Positions 38,399 to 47,532 of a stretch of DNA of 64,000 nucleotides are shown piece by piece (position 1 is the first letter of the stretch; each line of letters starts with the position of its first letter). The position numbers and the translations under genes are program-made. Source of the DNA: Gemmatimonadales bacterium (GTDB lineage: Bacteria > Gemmatimonadota > Gemmatimonadetes > Gemmatimonadales > GWC2-71-9); assembly GCA_037189525.1 (NCBI GenBank), contig JBBCJC010000002.1, positions 32,001-96,000 of the forward strand, given 5' to 3'. Below the pieces are notes generated by a model. It was not told the DNA's origin. It saw only the letters and a list, made by a program, of their open reading frames with translations, and made no database searches.

Positions 38399-39937
38399 TC
38401 ACGGCACGATCCAATCCACCGGCGGGAGATCCACCCGAGCCGAGAAGCCGGTCGTGTCGCCGCGCTGAATGAAGCTGGCCAGCGCCACGGTGAACTCGGG
38501 CGAATGGCGCATCGCTTCACGCAACGCGCCGTGCGAGCCGCGTCCGACGGTCACGAAGGTATGCCGCTTGAAGCGTGGCGCGAGTTCGATGGCGTTCTCG
38601 ATCGGGGTCGAGGTATCCCAGTCGCCCTGCACGATGACGGTCGGGATCTCGGTATCGAAACCGCGCCGAAACTCCTCGCCCAAATCGCTCGGCCAGAACG
38701 GACATCCCAGGCGATAGAAGCGGTTGATTTCGCCAAGCAGCGCGGCGGCGGTATCGGCCTCGATCAGCGCGCGACGCTCGGGACTGATCCCCGAACCACA
38801 ATCCAGCATCATGAAGCTCGCCGTCGTCTGACCTTCGCCCCGCTGCACCACCGACGCCGCCGCACGATCGAATCGCCCGGCCGAGAGCGCCGCGATGTCC
38901 GCGGGCCACGAGGCCAGGCCGGTTCGGGCGCTGGCAGGACCGCTGAAGCCGTAGGACAGCGAACGCAGCCGGCGCGCATCGAATCGCACGGTCTCCTGCT
39001 GACCGGTCTTCGGGTTCCGGACCGCCACCAGGGTCGGGGCAGCCTCCGCGCGCGCAATGGCCGACCGGAAGGCCGTGAGCAGTCCTTCGCGCGGAAGCGT
39101 CCGCGCCAACGCGGGCGCTCGGGCCGCCTCATCCGCTACCCGCGCAAAGGCGTTGAGCACGCCGCTCGGCATGTCGTAGGTGTGATCGGAACCCTCCATG
39201 CCGCTCAGCACCGCGCGCTCGACGATGCCGGGATGATAGCGCATCACCGCCATGGCCCAATGCGACCCGAAACTGGTACCCTGCAGGACGATCTTCTCGT
39301 ATCCCAGCGCCCGACGCACGTCATCGACATCCGCCGCCGCCTCGATGACGTTGAAGCCGGCCAGCGCGAATCCCTTCCCCTCCCAATACGCCTTACACGC
39401 TTCCATCACGGTGCGCAGCCTGGCCACCTCATCCGCCTCCACGATTTCCGCATCGAGCGGCATGGACGCGGGGCGTTCGCAGATGGTGTTGGGCGGCGAC
39501 GATCCGATGCCGCGCTGGCCGATCATCAGGTAGTCAGCCATGTCGGTCCAGACCCGGATTTCGTTGTCGGCATAGCCGGGATTGGCGAGCAGGGATGCAA
39601 ATCCCAGGTACCCGGGGCCACCCGGCAAGCGGAAGATCGGCGGTCCCGACGTGGGGGTAGTCGCCCGAAATCGGTAGAACTCGATTCCGACGGTCGGACC
39701 CGCGGGCCGCGAACGCTCGACCGGTACGAACAGCATGCCGCGCTCGGCCTCGAGCATGGTCCCGTCCTGCAGCGACACCCGTTCGGGGTACAGTACCAGC
39801 GTTCCCGCCTTGGGAAGCTGCAGCGCACCATCCCGAGCCGCCTGATTGGACGGCGTGGCGCCGCAGCCGACTCCGACGGCCACCGGAACGATCAATAATA
39901 CGGCACGAGACAACCAGCGCTTACGATCGGTACGCAT
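38399..39937 (-). CDS. Secreted alpha/beta hydrolase (TAP-like peptidase fold)
   Basis: 'LPGGPG', 'QRGIGSS', 'GTSFG' nucleophile, 'GDWDTSTP', 'GSHG'; AGGAG RBS. Confidence 0.83.
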   Translation of the reverse strand: MRTDRKRWLSRAVLLIVPVAVGVGCGATPSNQAARDGALQLPKAGTLVLYPERVSLQDGTMLEAERGMLFVPVERSRPAGPTVGIEFYRFRATTPTSGPPIFRLPGGPGYLGFASLLANPGYADNEIRVWTDMADYLMIGQRGIGSSPPNTICERPASMPLDAEIVEADEVARLRTVMEACKAYWEGKGFALAGFNVIEAAADVDDVRRALGYEKIVLQGTSFGSHWAMAVMRYHPGIVERAVLSGMEGSDHTYDMPSGVLNAFARVADEAARAPALARTLPREGLLTAFRSAIARAEAAPTLVAVRNPKTGQQETVRFDARRLRSLSYGFSGPASARTGLASWPADIAALSAGRFDRAAASVVQRGEGQTTASFMMLDCGSGISPERRALIEADTAAALLGEINRFYRLGCPFWPSDLGEEFRRGFDTEIPTVIVQGDWDTSTPIENAIELAPRFKRHTFVTVGRGSHGALREAMRHSPEFTVALASFIQRGDTTGFSARVDLPPVDWIVP

Positions 39938-40024
39938 GACAGGCTCCTGATGAAAAACCTCGGCCGACCATTCTGGACCGGCCGTTTCTGCGACGAATCG
40001 AGGTTCTAAACTTCTGGTCCGCAG

Positions 40025-40990
40025 CTACCGCATGGCAATCGACGGCCTGGTGCGCGGCGGCGCGTCGGTCCGACCGCCAGGAGCGGGGGCGATGACACGC
40101 AGCGCGTCACGCCGCGGCAGCAGCCGCTCCAGACTGCGGCGATCCAGTTCGAAAATGAAGGGACTGCCGCGCATCGTCACCAGCGGTTCGCCGCGCTGAC
40201 CCAGCCGCATGGCCAGCGCCACGAGGGTGTCGCCCCGCGCATCGAGCGCGACGAGTCCACGCCGGTCCGGCCCGTAGCCGGTACTGTCTCGCGAAAATCC
40301 GACGGCATACTGCCGACCAAGCGCGACCAGGAGATCGGTCACGACCTCGGGATTGGCCGGCTGCCCGTCCACGGTCCACTGGGGCTGACCGCGCCGCAGG
40401 CTGTAGGTGTCGTTCCCATGCCGAAGCACCACGGTTTCGACCGCCGCCGTATCGACCGCCAGGAGTGTCAGGTCCCGCCAGTACACCAGCGGCTGCCGCA
40501 TCGCATCGAAGAACGTCCCTCTGACCAGGTAGACCTCGTCTGCCCCTGGAATCCGAACGTACCCGCTCGGTTGCTGCGGACCGGGGCGCCCGACGAACAG
40601 GCGGCTGCGGCTGCCGTCGGCGTGGACGACGGTGAGCGCATAGGTGCTGTCGTCCGCCACGCCGAGCCGGCGGTGATTGGCCGGATTCCGCACCGCGACC
40701 TCGAGAGGAACCGCACCGGTCAAATCGATCCAGAGCCGGCTGATCACCATCGTATCGGCGCGCAGGCCATTGACCTGCCATCCCTCGCTCGTCTTTTCCA
40801 GATCGTACGTCTCGCTCGGACCGGCGACCTGAAATCCCGTCACATCGCGGCCGTCGAGACCCGCCAGCAGCTGAGCAAGCGTGCTCGCCTCACCGCGCCC
40901 GGATGTCCGGCCGAGCCACTGCCGCACGCCGAACACGACCAGCGCAGCAACTAAAATGATCAGGACGACGCGAAGGGTACGTTCACTCAT
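40025..40990 (-). CDS. DUF4340-type accessory protein of Gld-like ABC system
   Basis: N-terminal TM, two repeated 'W.V(N/D)G..A' beta modules, 'YVRIPG..EVYLV'; third gene of the GldA/GldFG operon. Confidence 0.7.
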   Translation of the reverse strand: MSERTLRVVLIILVAALVVFGVRQWLGRTSGRGEASTLAQLLAGLDGRDVTGFQVAGPSETYDLEKTSEGWQVNGLRADTMVISRLWIDLTGAVPLEVAVRNPANHRRLGVADDSTYALTVVHADGSRSRLFVGRPGPQQPSGYVRIPGADEVYLVRGTFFDAMRQPLVYWRDLTLLAVDTAAVETVVLRHGNDTYSLRRGQPQWTVDGQPANPEVVTDLLVALGRQYAVGFSRDSTGYGPDRRGLVALDARGDTLVALAMRLGQRGEPLVTMRGSPFIFELDRRSLERLLPRRDALRVIAPAPGGRTDAPPRTRPSIAMR

Positions 40991-41005
40991 GCCGAGGGCA
41001 CTTTC

Positions 41006-43207
41006 TCACCGCCACGGACGGGCCGCCACACGGCGGCGCCAGAGTACGCGAACCAAGCCAAAGAGGCCGACCAGGACCGGCACGCCGATCAGGTTGCCCC
41101 ATTTGAAGAGGTCGCGCTTGAGCGGCGTGTCGAACACCAGGGGCGGCGGCGTCCGATCCTTGGACCTGATCCGGATCAGCCGTTCATCCTGGAGCAACCA
41201 GTCGATCGCATTGGTGGCGAAGATCAGGTTCTGCACGTTAGCCCGCACGAACCGATCCTCCAGGAAGTCCGCGTCTCCAACCACGACCAGCCGTCCGGCC
41301 GCTCCCGATTCGGGAACCGCAACCGCCATATTCTGCCGAGCAAGCGATGACGTGTCCGGATAGAACGGATAGTCCGGCGACACCGGCGAGGATGTCGCAG
41401 TATGGCGGCCGGCAGCCTCGGTCGTCGTCCAGAGCACTGGCGTCGCTACCGTGTCGGCCACCGCGAGCGCCGTCGGCCAGCCAAGCGTCAGCGACGAAAG
41501 CCCGGCGGTGGCGGGATGCGGCGCGGCCCGCAGCACATGCGGCCAGGGCGGAAACGGCGCCGAATAGGGCCGGCCGTCGCGCTCACCGCGCGATACGACT
41601 TCGTTCGACTTGAGATCGAACACGATTCCCGCCGCGAGGCCGATGCCGCGCGCCGAGAGGAGCGACTCGAAACCGGTGGTGAGCGGCTGTGCCAGCTGCG
41701 CAATATTGACGTTGGTTCGATCCAGCAGGAACAGCACCGGCCCGCCCGCATCGATGTACTCACCGACGCGGTCGACGACCACGGGCGGGATGGTCTGACG
41801 AGGTCCGGCCACGACGAGGACATCGATGGAATCGCGCCCGAGTGCCGGCATTGCCAGACTGTCGGCAAAGGCAGTGCCGACCCGGTACCGATTTTCGAGG
41901 ACGTCGCGCCAGATATTGTAGCTGTACGGCGTCCGCGCCTCGAACCCGGCCAGGAAGGTGACCGACGGCCGTTTACCCGACGTCAGCGACGCGATACTGG
42001 CAATCAGACGGTATTCCAGGTCATCGGTCTGCTGCAGCACCGGAAAGGTCTGCTTCTCTTCCGCATACTGGATCACGATACCGAGCCAGCCGCGCCGTAC
42101 CTGATACTCGTCGCCGCGGAGGCTGCTGAACTGGAGCGGTCGAAGGCCGTACGACACGGCTTCCTTTTCCGCCTCCGGATCGGTATCCGGCTTGAGCTCT
42201 TCGGTCCTGATCCGGCCTCCGCTGGCCGCGCGGAAATCGCCGAGCAGATCACGGATGTCCCGAACGGTGCGCTGCACATCCGGAGGCAATGCACGAGAGG
42301 CAAACAGCTTGATGGTAACCTGATCGTCGAGCGATCGGAGCACGTCACGCGTCGCGTCCGAAAGCGAATAGAGCCCCTGGGAGGTCAAATCGAATCGCTG
42401 CCGCACCCCGCTGCCGGCCGCATTGACGGCGATCACCGCCGCCACGATGGCCACCGTCCCCACCTGCAGCCGACGGTGTCCGCTACGCACTCGGCTCAGG
42501 CGGCGCCGGACCAGGATGCCATAGGCAAACGTCCCGAACAAGACCGCCGTCGAGACGAAATACAGGAGGTCGCGGACGTCGAGCGCGCCGCGCGCCACGG
42601 GCTCGAAGTGGGCCAGGATCGACAGATTGCCGGCCCACGCCGCCGCTCGATCCGGAAGAGCGCTCAGCAGCAGCGGCTCGCCCAGAAAGACGAGGCTCCA
42701 GCTCACCGCGAGACCCAGAATGAAGGCGGTAACCTGATTCCGGGTCGCGCTCGAGGCCCAGACGCCGATGGCCGTCATCTGCGCAGCGAGCAAGATTGCG
42801 CCGAGGTACTGCGCCAGCATGATGCCTGGATCGGCCTCCGACACCAGGAGCACCCCGATCGCCGTGGGCAGCGTACCGACCAGAGTGGTCAGCACGAAGA
42901 GCAGGTTGCCCAGCATCTTGCCGAGCAACAGTTCGAGTTCCGACAGCGGCTGCGAGGTCAGCCAATCTAAGGTTCCACTGCGGCGTTCTTCCGCAAACGA
43001 CCGCATCGTCATCGCGGGGATGAAGATCGCGAACAGCCAGGGCAGCAGCAGGAAGACGGTCCGAAGCGATGCCGCCCCGGTGCCGTACAGGGTCCGGAAC
43101 GCTACGAACAGCGCCAGCAACAGGAACGCAATCAGCAGGATGTACGCCGTGGGGTGGTCGAAATACCCCTTGACCTCCCGCCGGGCCACGCGCCAGATCT
43201 GTTTCAT
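41006..43207 (-). CDS. Fused GldF-like ABC-2 permease / GldG-like periplasmic accessory protein
   Basis: N-terminal 'RREVKGYFDHPTAY...TMRSFAEERRSGT'; C-terminal 'RFDLTSQGLYSLS', 'RLVVVGDADF', 'NAIDWL...LIRIRSK'. Confidence 0.82.
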   Translation of the reverse strand: MKQIWRVARREVKGYFDHPTAYILLIAFLLLALFVAFRTLYGTGAASLRTVFLLLPWLFAIFIPAMTMRSFAEERRSGTLDWLTSQPLSELELLLGKMLGNLLFVLTTLVGTLPTAIGVLLVSEADPGIMLAQYLGAILLAAQMTAIGVWASSATRNQVTAFILGLAVSWSLVFLGEPLLLSALPDRAAAWAGNLSILAHFEPVARGALDVRDLLYFVSTAVLFGTFAYGILVRRRLSRVRSGHRRLQVGTVAIVAAVIAVNAAGSGVRQRFDLTSQGLYSLSDATRDVLRSLDDQVTIKLFASRALPPDVQRTVRDIRDLLGDFRAASGGRIRTEELKPDTDPEAEKEAVSYGLRPLQFSSLRGDEYQVRRGWLGIVIQYAEEKQTFPVLQQTDDLEYRLIASIASLTSGKRPSVTFLAGFEARTPYSYNIWRDVLENRYRVGTAFADSLAMPALGRDSIDVLVVAGPRQTIPPVVVDRVGEYIDAGGPVLFLLDRTNVNIAQLAQPLTTGFESLLSARGIGLAAGIVFDLKSNEVVSRGERDGRPYSAPFPPWPHVLRAAPHPATAGLSSLTLGWPTALAVADTVATPVLWTTTEAAGRHTATSSPVSPDYPFYPDTSSLARQNMAVAVPESGAAGRLVVVGDADFLEDRFVRANVQNLIFATNAIDWLLQDERLIRIRSKDRTPPPLVFDTPLKRDLFKWGNLIGVPVLVGLFGLVRVLWRRRVAARPWR

Positions 43208-44163
43208 GGATGCTCACCTTCCGGGGCGTGGAGCACGCTCTCCCCATCGGACGTGAGCGTCTGAAAGAGTTGCTCGACGGTCGCCCGCTCGCGATAGAGC
43301 TCCCAGATGATCCAGCCGCGTTCGATAGCCGCGCGCGACAGCATCGGGCGCAGGTCGTCGGTCTGATCGGTGACCAGACGAATCCGGACGCGGTCCTCGA
43401 CGGTTTCGATCGAGTGACCGACGAGTCCCGGAAGGCTTTCAACCAGCTGCGCAGGATCGGCGCCCGCCAGCTCCATCACGTAGCTGGCGCGCCCTCGCCC
43501 GGCCGCGAGCAGCTCGGCTACGCCACCATCGGCCACCAGGCGGCCGCGATGGATGACCAGGAGACGGCTGCAGGTCGCCTCGACCTCCTGCAGGACATGC
43601 GTACTGAGCAGCACGGTACGGTCGCGCCCCACGTCGCCGATCAGCTTGCGGATTTCGAGCCGCTGGTTGGGATCGAGCCCTTCGGTCGGTTCGTCGAGCA
43701 CCAGGACATCCGGTCGGTGCAGCACCGCCGCCGCCAGCCCGACCCGCTGCCGATATCCCTTGGACAACTCGCTGATCGGACGATGATAGACGTCCTGGAT
43801 TCCGGTCTGTTCGACCGCGTCACCCACCGCCGAGCGCGCCGCGGCGCCCTGCAGGTCACGGAGGGACGCGGCGTAACTCAAGAACTCGTGGACCATCATG
43901 TCGACATAGAGCGGATTCGATTCGGGCAGGAATCCGATCCGCCGTTTGGCGTCGATCAGGTCCTCACCGATCGAACGCCCGTCGAAACTGACGGAGCCCG
44001 CATCGGGCTGCAGCATGCCGGTCAGCATGCGCATCATGGTCGTCTTGCCAGCGCCGTTGGCGCCCAGAAAACCGACGACTTCGCCGCGGTCGATCCGAAA
44101 GCTGACGTCGTCGACGGCGTGAATGGCGCCGAAATACTTATGAACCGACTGGACGGCAATCAT
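43204..44163 (-). CDS. GldA-like ABC transporter ATPase
   Basis: 'GANGAGKTT', 'LSKGYRQRVGLA', 'LDEPTEGLDPNQ', 'LSTH'. Confidence 0.88.
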   Translation of the reverse strand: MIAVQSVHKYFGAIHAVDDVSFRIDRGEVVGFLGANGAGKTTMMRMLTGMLQPDAGSVSFDGRSIGEDLIDAKRRIGFLPESNPLYVDMMVHEFLSYAASLRDLQGAAARSAVGDAVEQTGIQDVYHRPISELSKGYRQRVGLAAAVLHRPDVLVLDEPTEGLDPNQRLEIRKLIGDVGRDRTVLLSTHVLQEVEATCSRLLVIHRGRLVADGGVAELLAAGRGRASYVMELAGADPAQLVESLPGLVGHSIETVEDRVRIRLVTDQTDDLRPMLSRAAIERGWIIWELYRERATVEQLFQTLTSDGESVLHAPEGEHP

Positions 44164-44355
44164 GATGGGCGGAGCCGTACCGGAACGGCGAGGTCGAATC
44201 CAGGCAAAGTCGTTCTCGCGGGACGGAGTTCTGGGATATCGCGAAACGTGATACGGGGCGCGATCGCAGGTCCGGGGAATTTAGTCCGTCCGGACCCAAT
44301 CAGCGACCGTATCCCGGCCGTCGCAACCGCGCTCCCGGTCCATTAAGTTGAATTC

Positions 44356-45042
44356 GTGACCAGTGACTTGGCGATCCAGGGTTATTCGGTCGTCCCGAGT
44401 GGGGTGACGGCCGAGGTCGTAGCTGAGTTGCGTGCCCAGGTCGATCCGATCCTGGCCCGCCATGCCGAACGTGGCGGCGTCCGCGATCTGTTTCAACACC
44501 TTCCGTCGCTCGTCCCCCTCGCCGTCGGCCCCCTTCGAGACCTCGTTGCCCCCACCCTCGGCGCCGGCGCTGTGGCCGTTCGCGCCCTGCTGTTCGACAA
44601 GACGCCGGTGGCCAACTGGAAAGTCACCTGGCACCAGGATGTCACCATTTCGGTGTCCGAGTATGCCGATTGCCTCGGCTGGGGACCCTGGTCGCGGAAA
44701 GCGGGCGCGTGGCATGTCCATCCCCCGGCCGCGGTGCTGGACCGGATGCTGACTCTCAGGCTCCACCTGGATCCCTGCGGCCCCGACAATGGGCCGGTGC
44801 GGGTCATTCCGGGTTCGCATCTGGGCGGCCGATTCTCCGACTCCGAGGTGGAGCGGGTGGCCCGGAGCGCGGCACCGGTCGATTGCCTCGTCGCCGAAGG
44901 AGGCGTCCTCCTGATGCGCCCCCTGATCCTGCACGCCTCGGCGCCGGCTGCAGCGCCGAGCCACCGGCGGGTCATCCACATCGAGTACGCCTCCGCCGAT
45001 CCGCTGCCGGACGGCTTCAACTGGGCCGAAGCCGTCAGCTGA
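44356..45042 (+). CDS. Phytanoyl-CoA dioxygenase (PhyH) family 2OG-Fe(II) oxygenase
   Basis: 'FDKTP..NWKVTWHQD' (HxD), 'NGPVRVIPGSH', 'ILHAS', 'RRVIHIEY'. Confidence 0.85.
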   Translation: MTSDLAIQGYSVVPSGVTAEVVAELRAQVDPILARHAERGGVRDLFQHLPSLVPLAVGPLRDLVAPTLGAGAVAVRALLFDKTPVANWKVTWHQDVTISVSEYADCLGWGPWSRKAGAWHVHPPAAVLDRMLTLRLHLDPCGPDNGPVRVIPGSHLGGRFSDSEVERVARSAAPVDCLVAEGGVLLMRPLILHASAPAAAPSHRRVIHIEYASADPLPDGFNWAEAVS

Positions 45043-45166
45043 CCGACCGGCGCGACGATCCTCGCGCGACAAGCATCTCCTCTCCCTTCGGCCCTGACCG
45101 CCGGAGCGGATGGTATCTTGCAGCATCGTCCGCCTGGATCAACCTGGACACGGGAGTTCGGTCCTC

Positions 45167-45352
45167 ATGGCCAATTTCAAACGCCGCCGCCCCAAGAATC
45201 GACGGGCCGGATGCCTGCTGTGCAAGCCCTGGAAGATGAACGGGTTTGCGCGGACCAAACGCACCGACGGCGAACGATTCGGCAGTCATCGGGCGCGATT
45301 CGGCGCCGAGGCTGCGCTCCACGAATTCCGGAGCGGCGCCACACCCGGCTGA
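45167..45352 (+). CDS. 61-aa basic microprotein with CxxC motif, function unknown
   Basis: GGGAG RBS 10 nt upstream of the ATG; MANFKRRRPKNRRAGCLLCKPWKMNG...; fills the gap between two + strand genes. Confidence 0.65.
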   Translation: MANFKRRRPKNRRAGCLLCKPWKMNGFARTKRTDGERFGSHRARFGAEAALHEFRSGATPG

Positions 45353-45396
45353 GCCGGGACACCCTACCCTTCAAGACCTCAATTCCGAGGCACCCG

Positions 45397-47490
45397 ATGG
45401 CTCACGCCCTGACGTCTCTGGGCCTCCTGGTCGCGACCGTCTTTCTGCCGGTCGCGTCGCTCGCTCAGACTCCCGCCCAACCCGGCCGCCGACCGCTCCA
45501 ACTCGAAGACTTCTACCGCCTCCGGAGCATCGGATCGCCCGCGATCTCTCCCGACGGCCGGTGGGTCCTCTATACCATTTCGACCCCGGTCGAGGAGACG
45601 AACGGCAGCAGCGTCGAGACCTGGCTCGTCGCCACGGACGGCTCGACCCCGCCGACCCCGATCCGCCATCAGGGACAGAGCGTCACCGCACCTCGCTGGA
45701 CCGATGACGGCCGGGTCCGCTATGCCGATCGGGATGCTCACTGGACCGTCGACCCCGCCCGGCTCAGCGTGGCGCCGGTCGCCAGCCAGGCAGACGAGCG
45801 GCTTGGGCTCCGGAGCCCGGATGGCCGATGGCTGGCCCGAACCCGTGCCGTCCCCGCGGCGTCGCGTCCGGCCCCGGCCATGACCGCGTTCGAGCAGCGC
45901 CACGAGACCCGTTTCAAGGGCACGGCGCTCGACTGGTATCCGTTCCTGCAGGACGGTCGCCCGTTTCCGGTTCCCAATCGGGCTACTGAGCCGAGCCTCG
46001 AAGTCGTCGTCACGCCTACCGACGGTTCCGGCTCCGAACGACAACTGACTCGGCTGGGCCTCGAGGCCGCCAATCTTCGCTGGACCGCCGACAGCCGCGC
46101 ACTGCTGTTCACCGCCAACGCGAGCCGCGGTGATGAGCTCGCTTACGGGTCAGCGGACATCTTCCGCGTCGATCTCGACGAACGCGCGACCCGTCTGACC
46201 GAAGGCGGGTACAACCATTCGGGCGTCGAGGTATCGCCCGACGGCCGCTGGTACGCATATGTCCGCTCGCTGGGCACCGATCTGATCATCCGCCAGAAAC
46301 TCGATCACGGCGGGGCGCAGGATCTCTTCGTCCAACCCGTGGCGGGAGGAACAGCCGTCAATCTGACCGAGCAGTGGGACCTGGATGCGGGCGCTCCCCG
46401 GTGGTCGCCGGACAGCCGGTATCTGTACTTCACGGCCGGCATCGGCGGCGCGGTCCATCTCTTCCGGGTGGCCGCAGCCGGCGGCGCAGTCGAACAGATC
46501 ACCACCGGCCCTCGACGGATCGGCAATCTGAGCTTCGACCGTGCCTTCCGGCGGATCGCCTACACGGCAAGCGAGCTCGACCGGCCAGCCGACCTCTACG
46601 TCGCCGACATCGACGGGCGAAACGAACGCCGCCTGACCGACGCCAACCGCGATCTCTTCGCGACCGCCACGGTGGCCGAGCGCCCGTCGGAGCGGGTCAC
46701 CTGGAAGAGCTACGACGGCACCGAGATCGAAGGCTTCCTGATTTTCCCCAGAGGATACGACCCCGGCCGCGGCCCCTATCCCCTGATCATCGTGAACCAC
46801 GGCGGGCCGCACGCCGCCTCGGGATACGCCTTCGACTTCAAGCAGGCCTACTTCGCCGCCAACGGGTACCTGGTCTTCCTGCCCAATTTCCGCAGCTCGA
46901 CCGGCTACGGCGATGCATTCAAGTGGGCGACCTGGGGCGGCTGGGGCAACAAAGACGGCGAAGACGTGCTATCGGGCGTCGACCACCTGGTCGCCAGGTA
47001 CGCAGCCGACGGGAACCGGGTCGGGACCACCGGCCATTCCTATGGCGGCATCCTGACCAACTGGCTGATCACCAAATACCCCGACCGATTCCGGGCCGCC
47101 GTGTCCGGAGCCGGCGAATCCAACTGGACCAGCAACTTTGCTCTGTCGGATGTGGCCCGAACCAAGGAGACCGAGTTCTTCGGACCACCCTGGGATCCGC
47201 GCGCCCGCGCCATCATGATTGCCCAGTCGCCGCTGCTCAACGCGGCCGGCGTCAAAGCGGCCACGCTCTTCATCCACGGCGGCGTTGACTATCGGGTGCC
47301 GCTCCAAGGGGCAATCCAGCTCTATACGGCGCTCAAGAAGCAGCAGGTGCCGACCAAGCTGATCATCTACGAAGGGCAGGCGCACGGCATCACCGGTCAT
47401 TGGAACAACATCCACCGGATCATGCACGAACTGCGATGGTGGGATACCTACCTGGCGCCGCCCTTGTCCGGAGCTGGCGGAGGCCGCTGA
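45397..47490 (+). CDS. Secreted S9 family peptidase
   Basis: Signal peptide, SPDGRW repeats, 'HGGPH', 'GHSYGG', 'DYRVP', 'QAHG'. Confidence 0.88.
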   Translation: MAHALTSLGLLVATVFLPVASLAQTPAQPGRRPLQLEDFYRLRSIGSPAISPDGRWVLYTISTPVEETNGSSVETWLVATDGSTPPTPIRHQGQSVTAPRWTDDGRVRYADRDAHWTVDPARLSVAPVASQADERLGLRSPDGRWLARTRAVPAASRPAPAMTAFEQRHETRFKGTALDWYPFLQDGRPFPVPNRATEPSLEVVVTPTDGSGSERQLTRLGLEAANLRWTADSRALLFTANASRGDELAYGSADIFRVDLDERATRLTEGGYNHSGVEVSPDGRWYAYVRSLGTDLIIRQKLDHGGAQDLFVQPVAGGTAVNLTEQWDLDAGAPRWSPDSRYLYFTAGIGGAVHLFRVAAAGGAVEQITTGPRRIGNLSFDRAFRRIAYTASELDRPADLYVADIDGRNERRLTDANRDLFATATVAERPSERVTWKSYDGTEIEGFLIFPRGYDPGRGPYPLIIVNHGGPHAASGYAFDFKQAYFAANGYLVFLPNFRSSTGYGDAFKWATWGGWGNKDGEDVLSGVDHLVARYAADGNRVGTTGHSYGGILTNWLITKYPDRFRAAVSGAGESNWTSNFALSDVARTKETEFFGPPWDPRARAIMIAQSPLLNAAGVKAATLFIHGGVDYRVPLQGAIQLYTALKKQQVPTKLIIYEGQAHGITGHWNNIHRIMHELRWWDTYLAPPLSGAGGGR

Positions 47491-47501
47491 CGAGGGGAGA
47501 T

Positions 47502-47526
47502 CGGGGCGGCGCGTTGCGCCGCCCCG
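47502..47526. terminator. Hairpin between convergent genes
   Basis: 11-bp stem CGGGGCGGCGC / GCGCCGCCCCG with 3-nt loop; no U-tract. Confidence 0.5.
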
Positions 47527-47532
47527 CTGCGT

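Noticed and set aside
45118..45396. N-terminal extension of the S9 peptidase ORF
   Set aside because: The signal peptide and a GAGG RBS point to ATG 45397; the upstream region is better explained by the 61-aa ORF in another frame.
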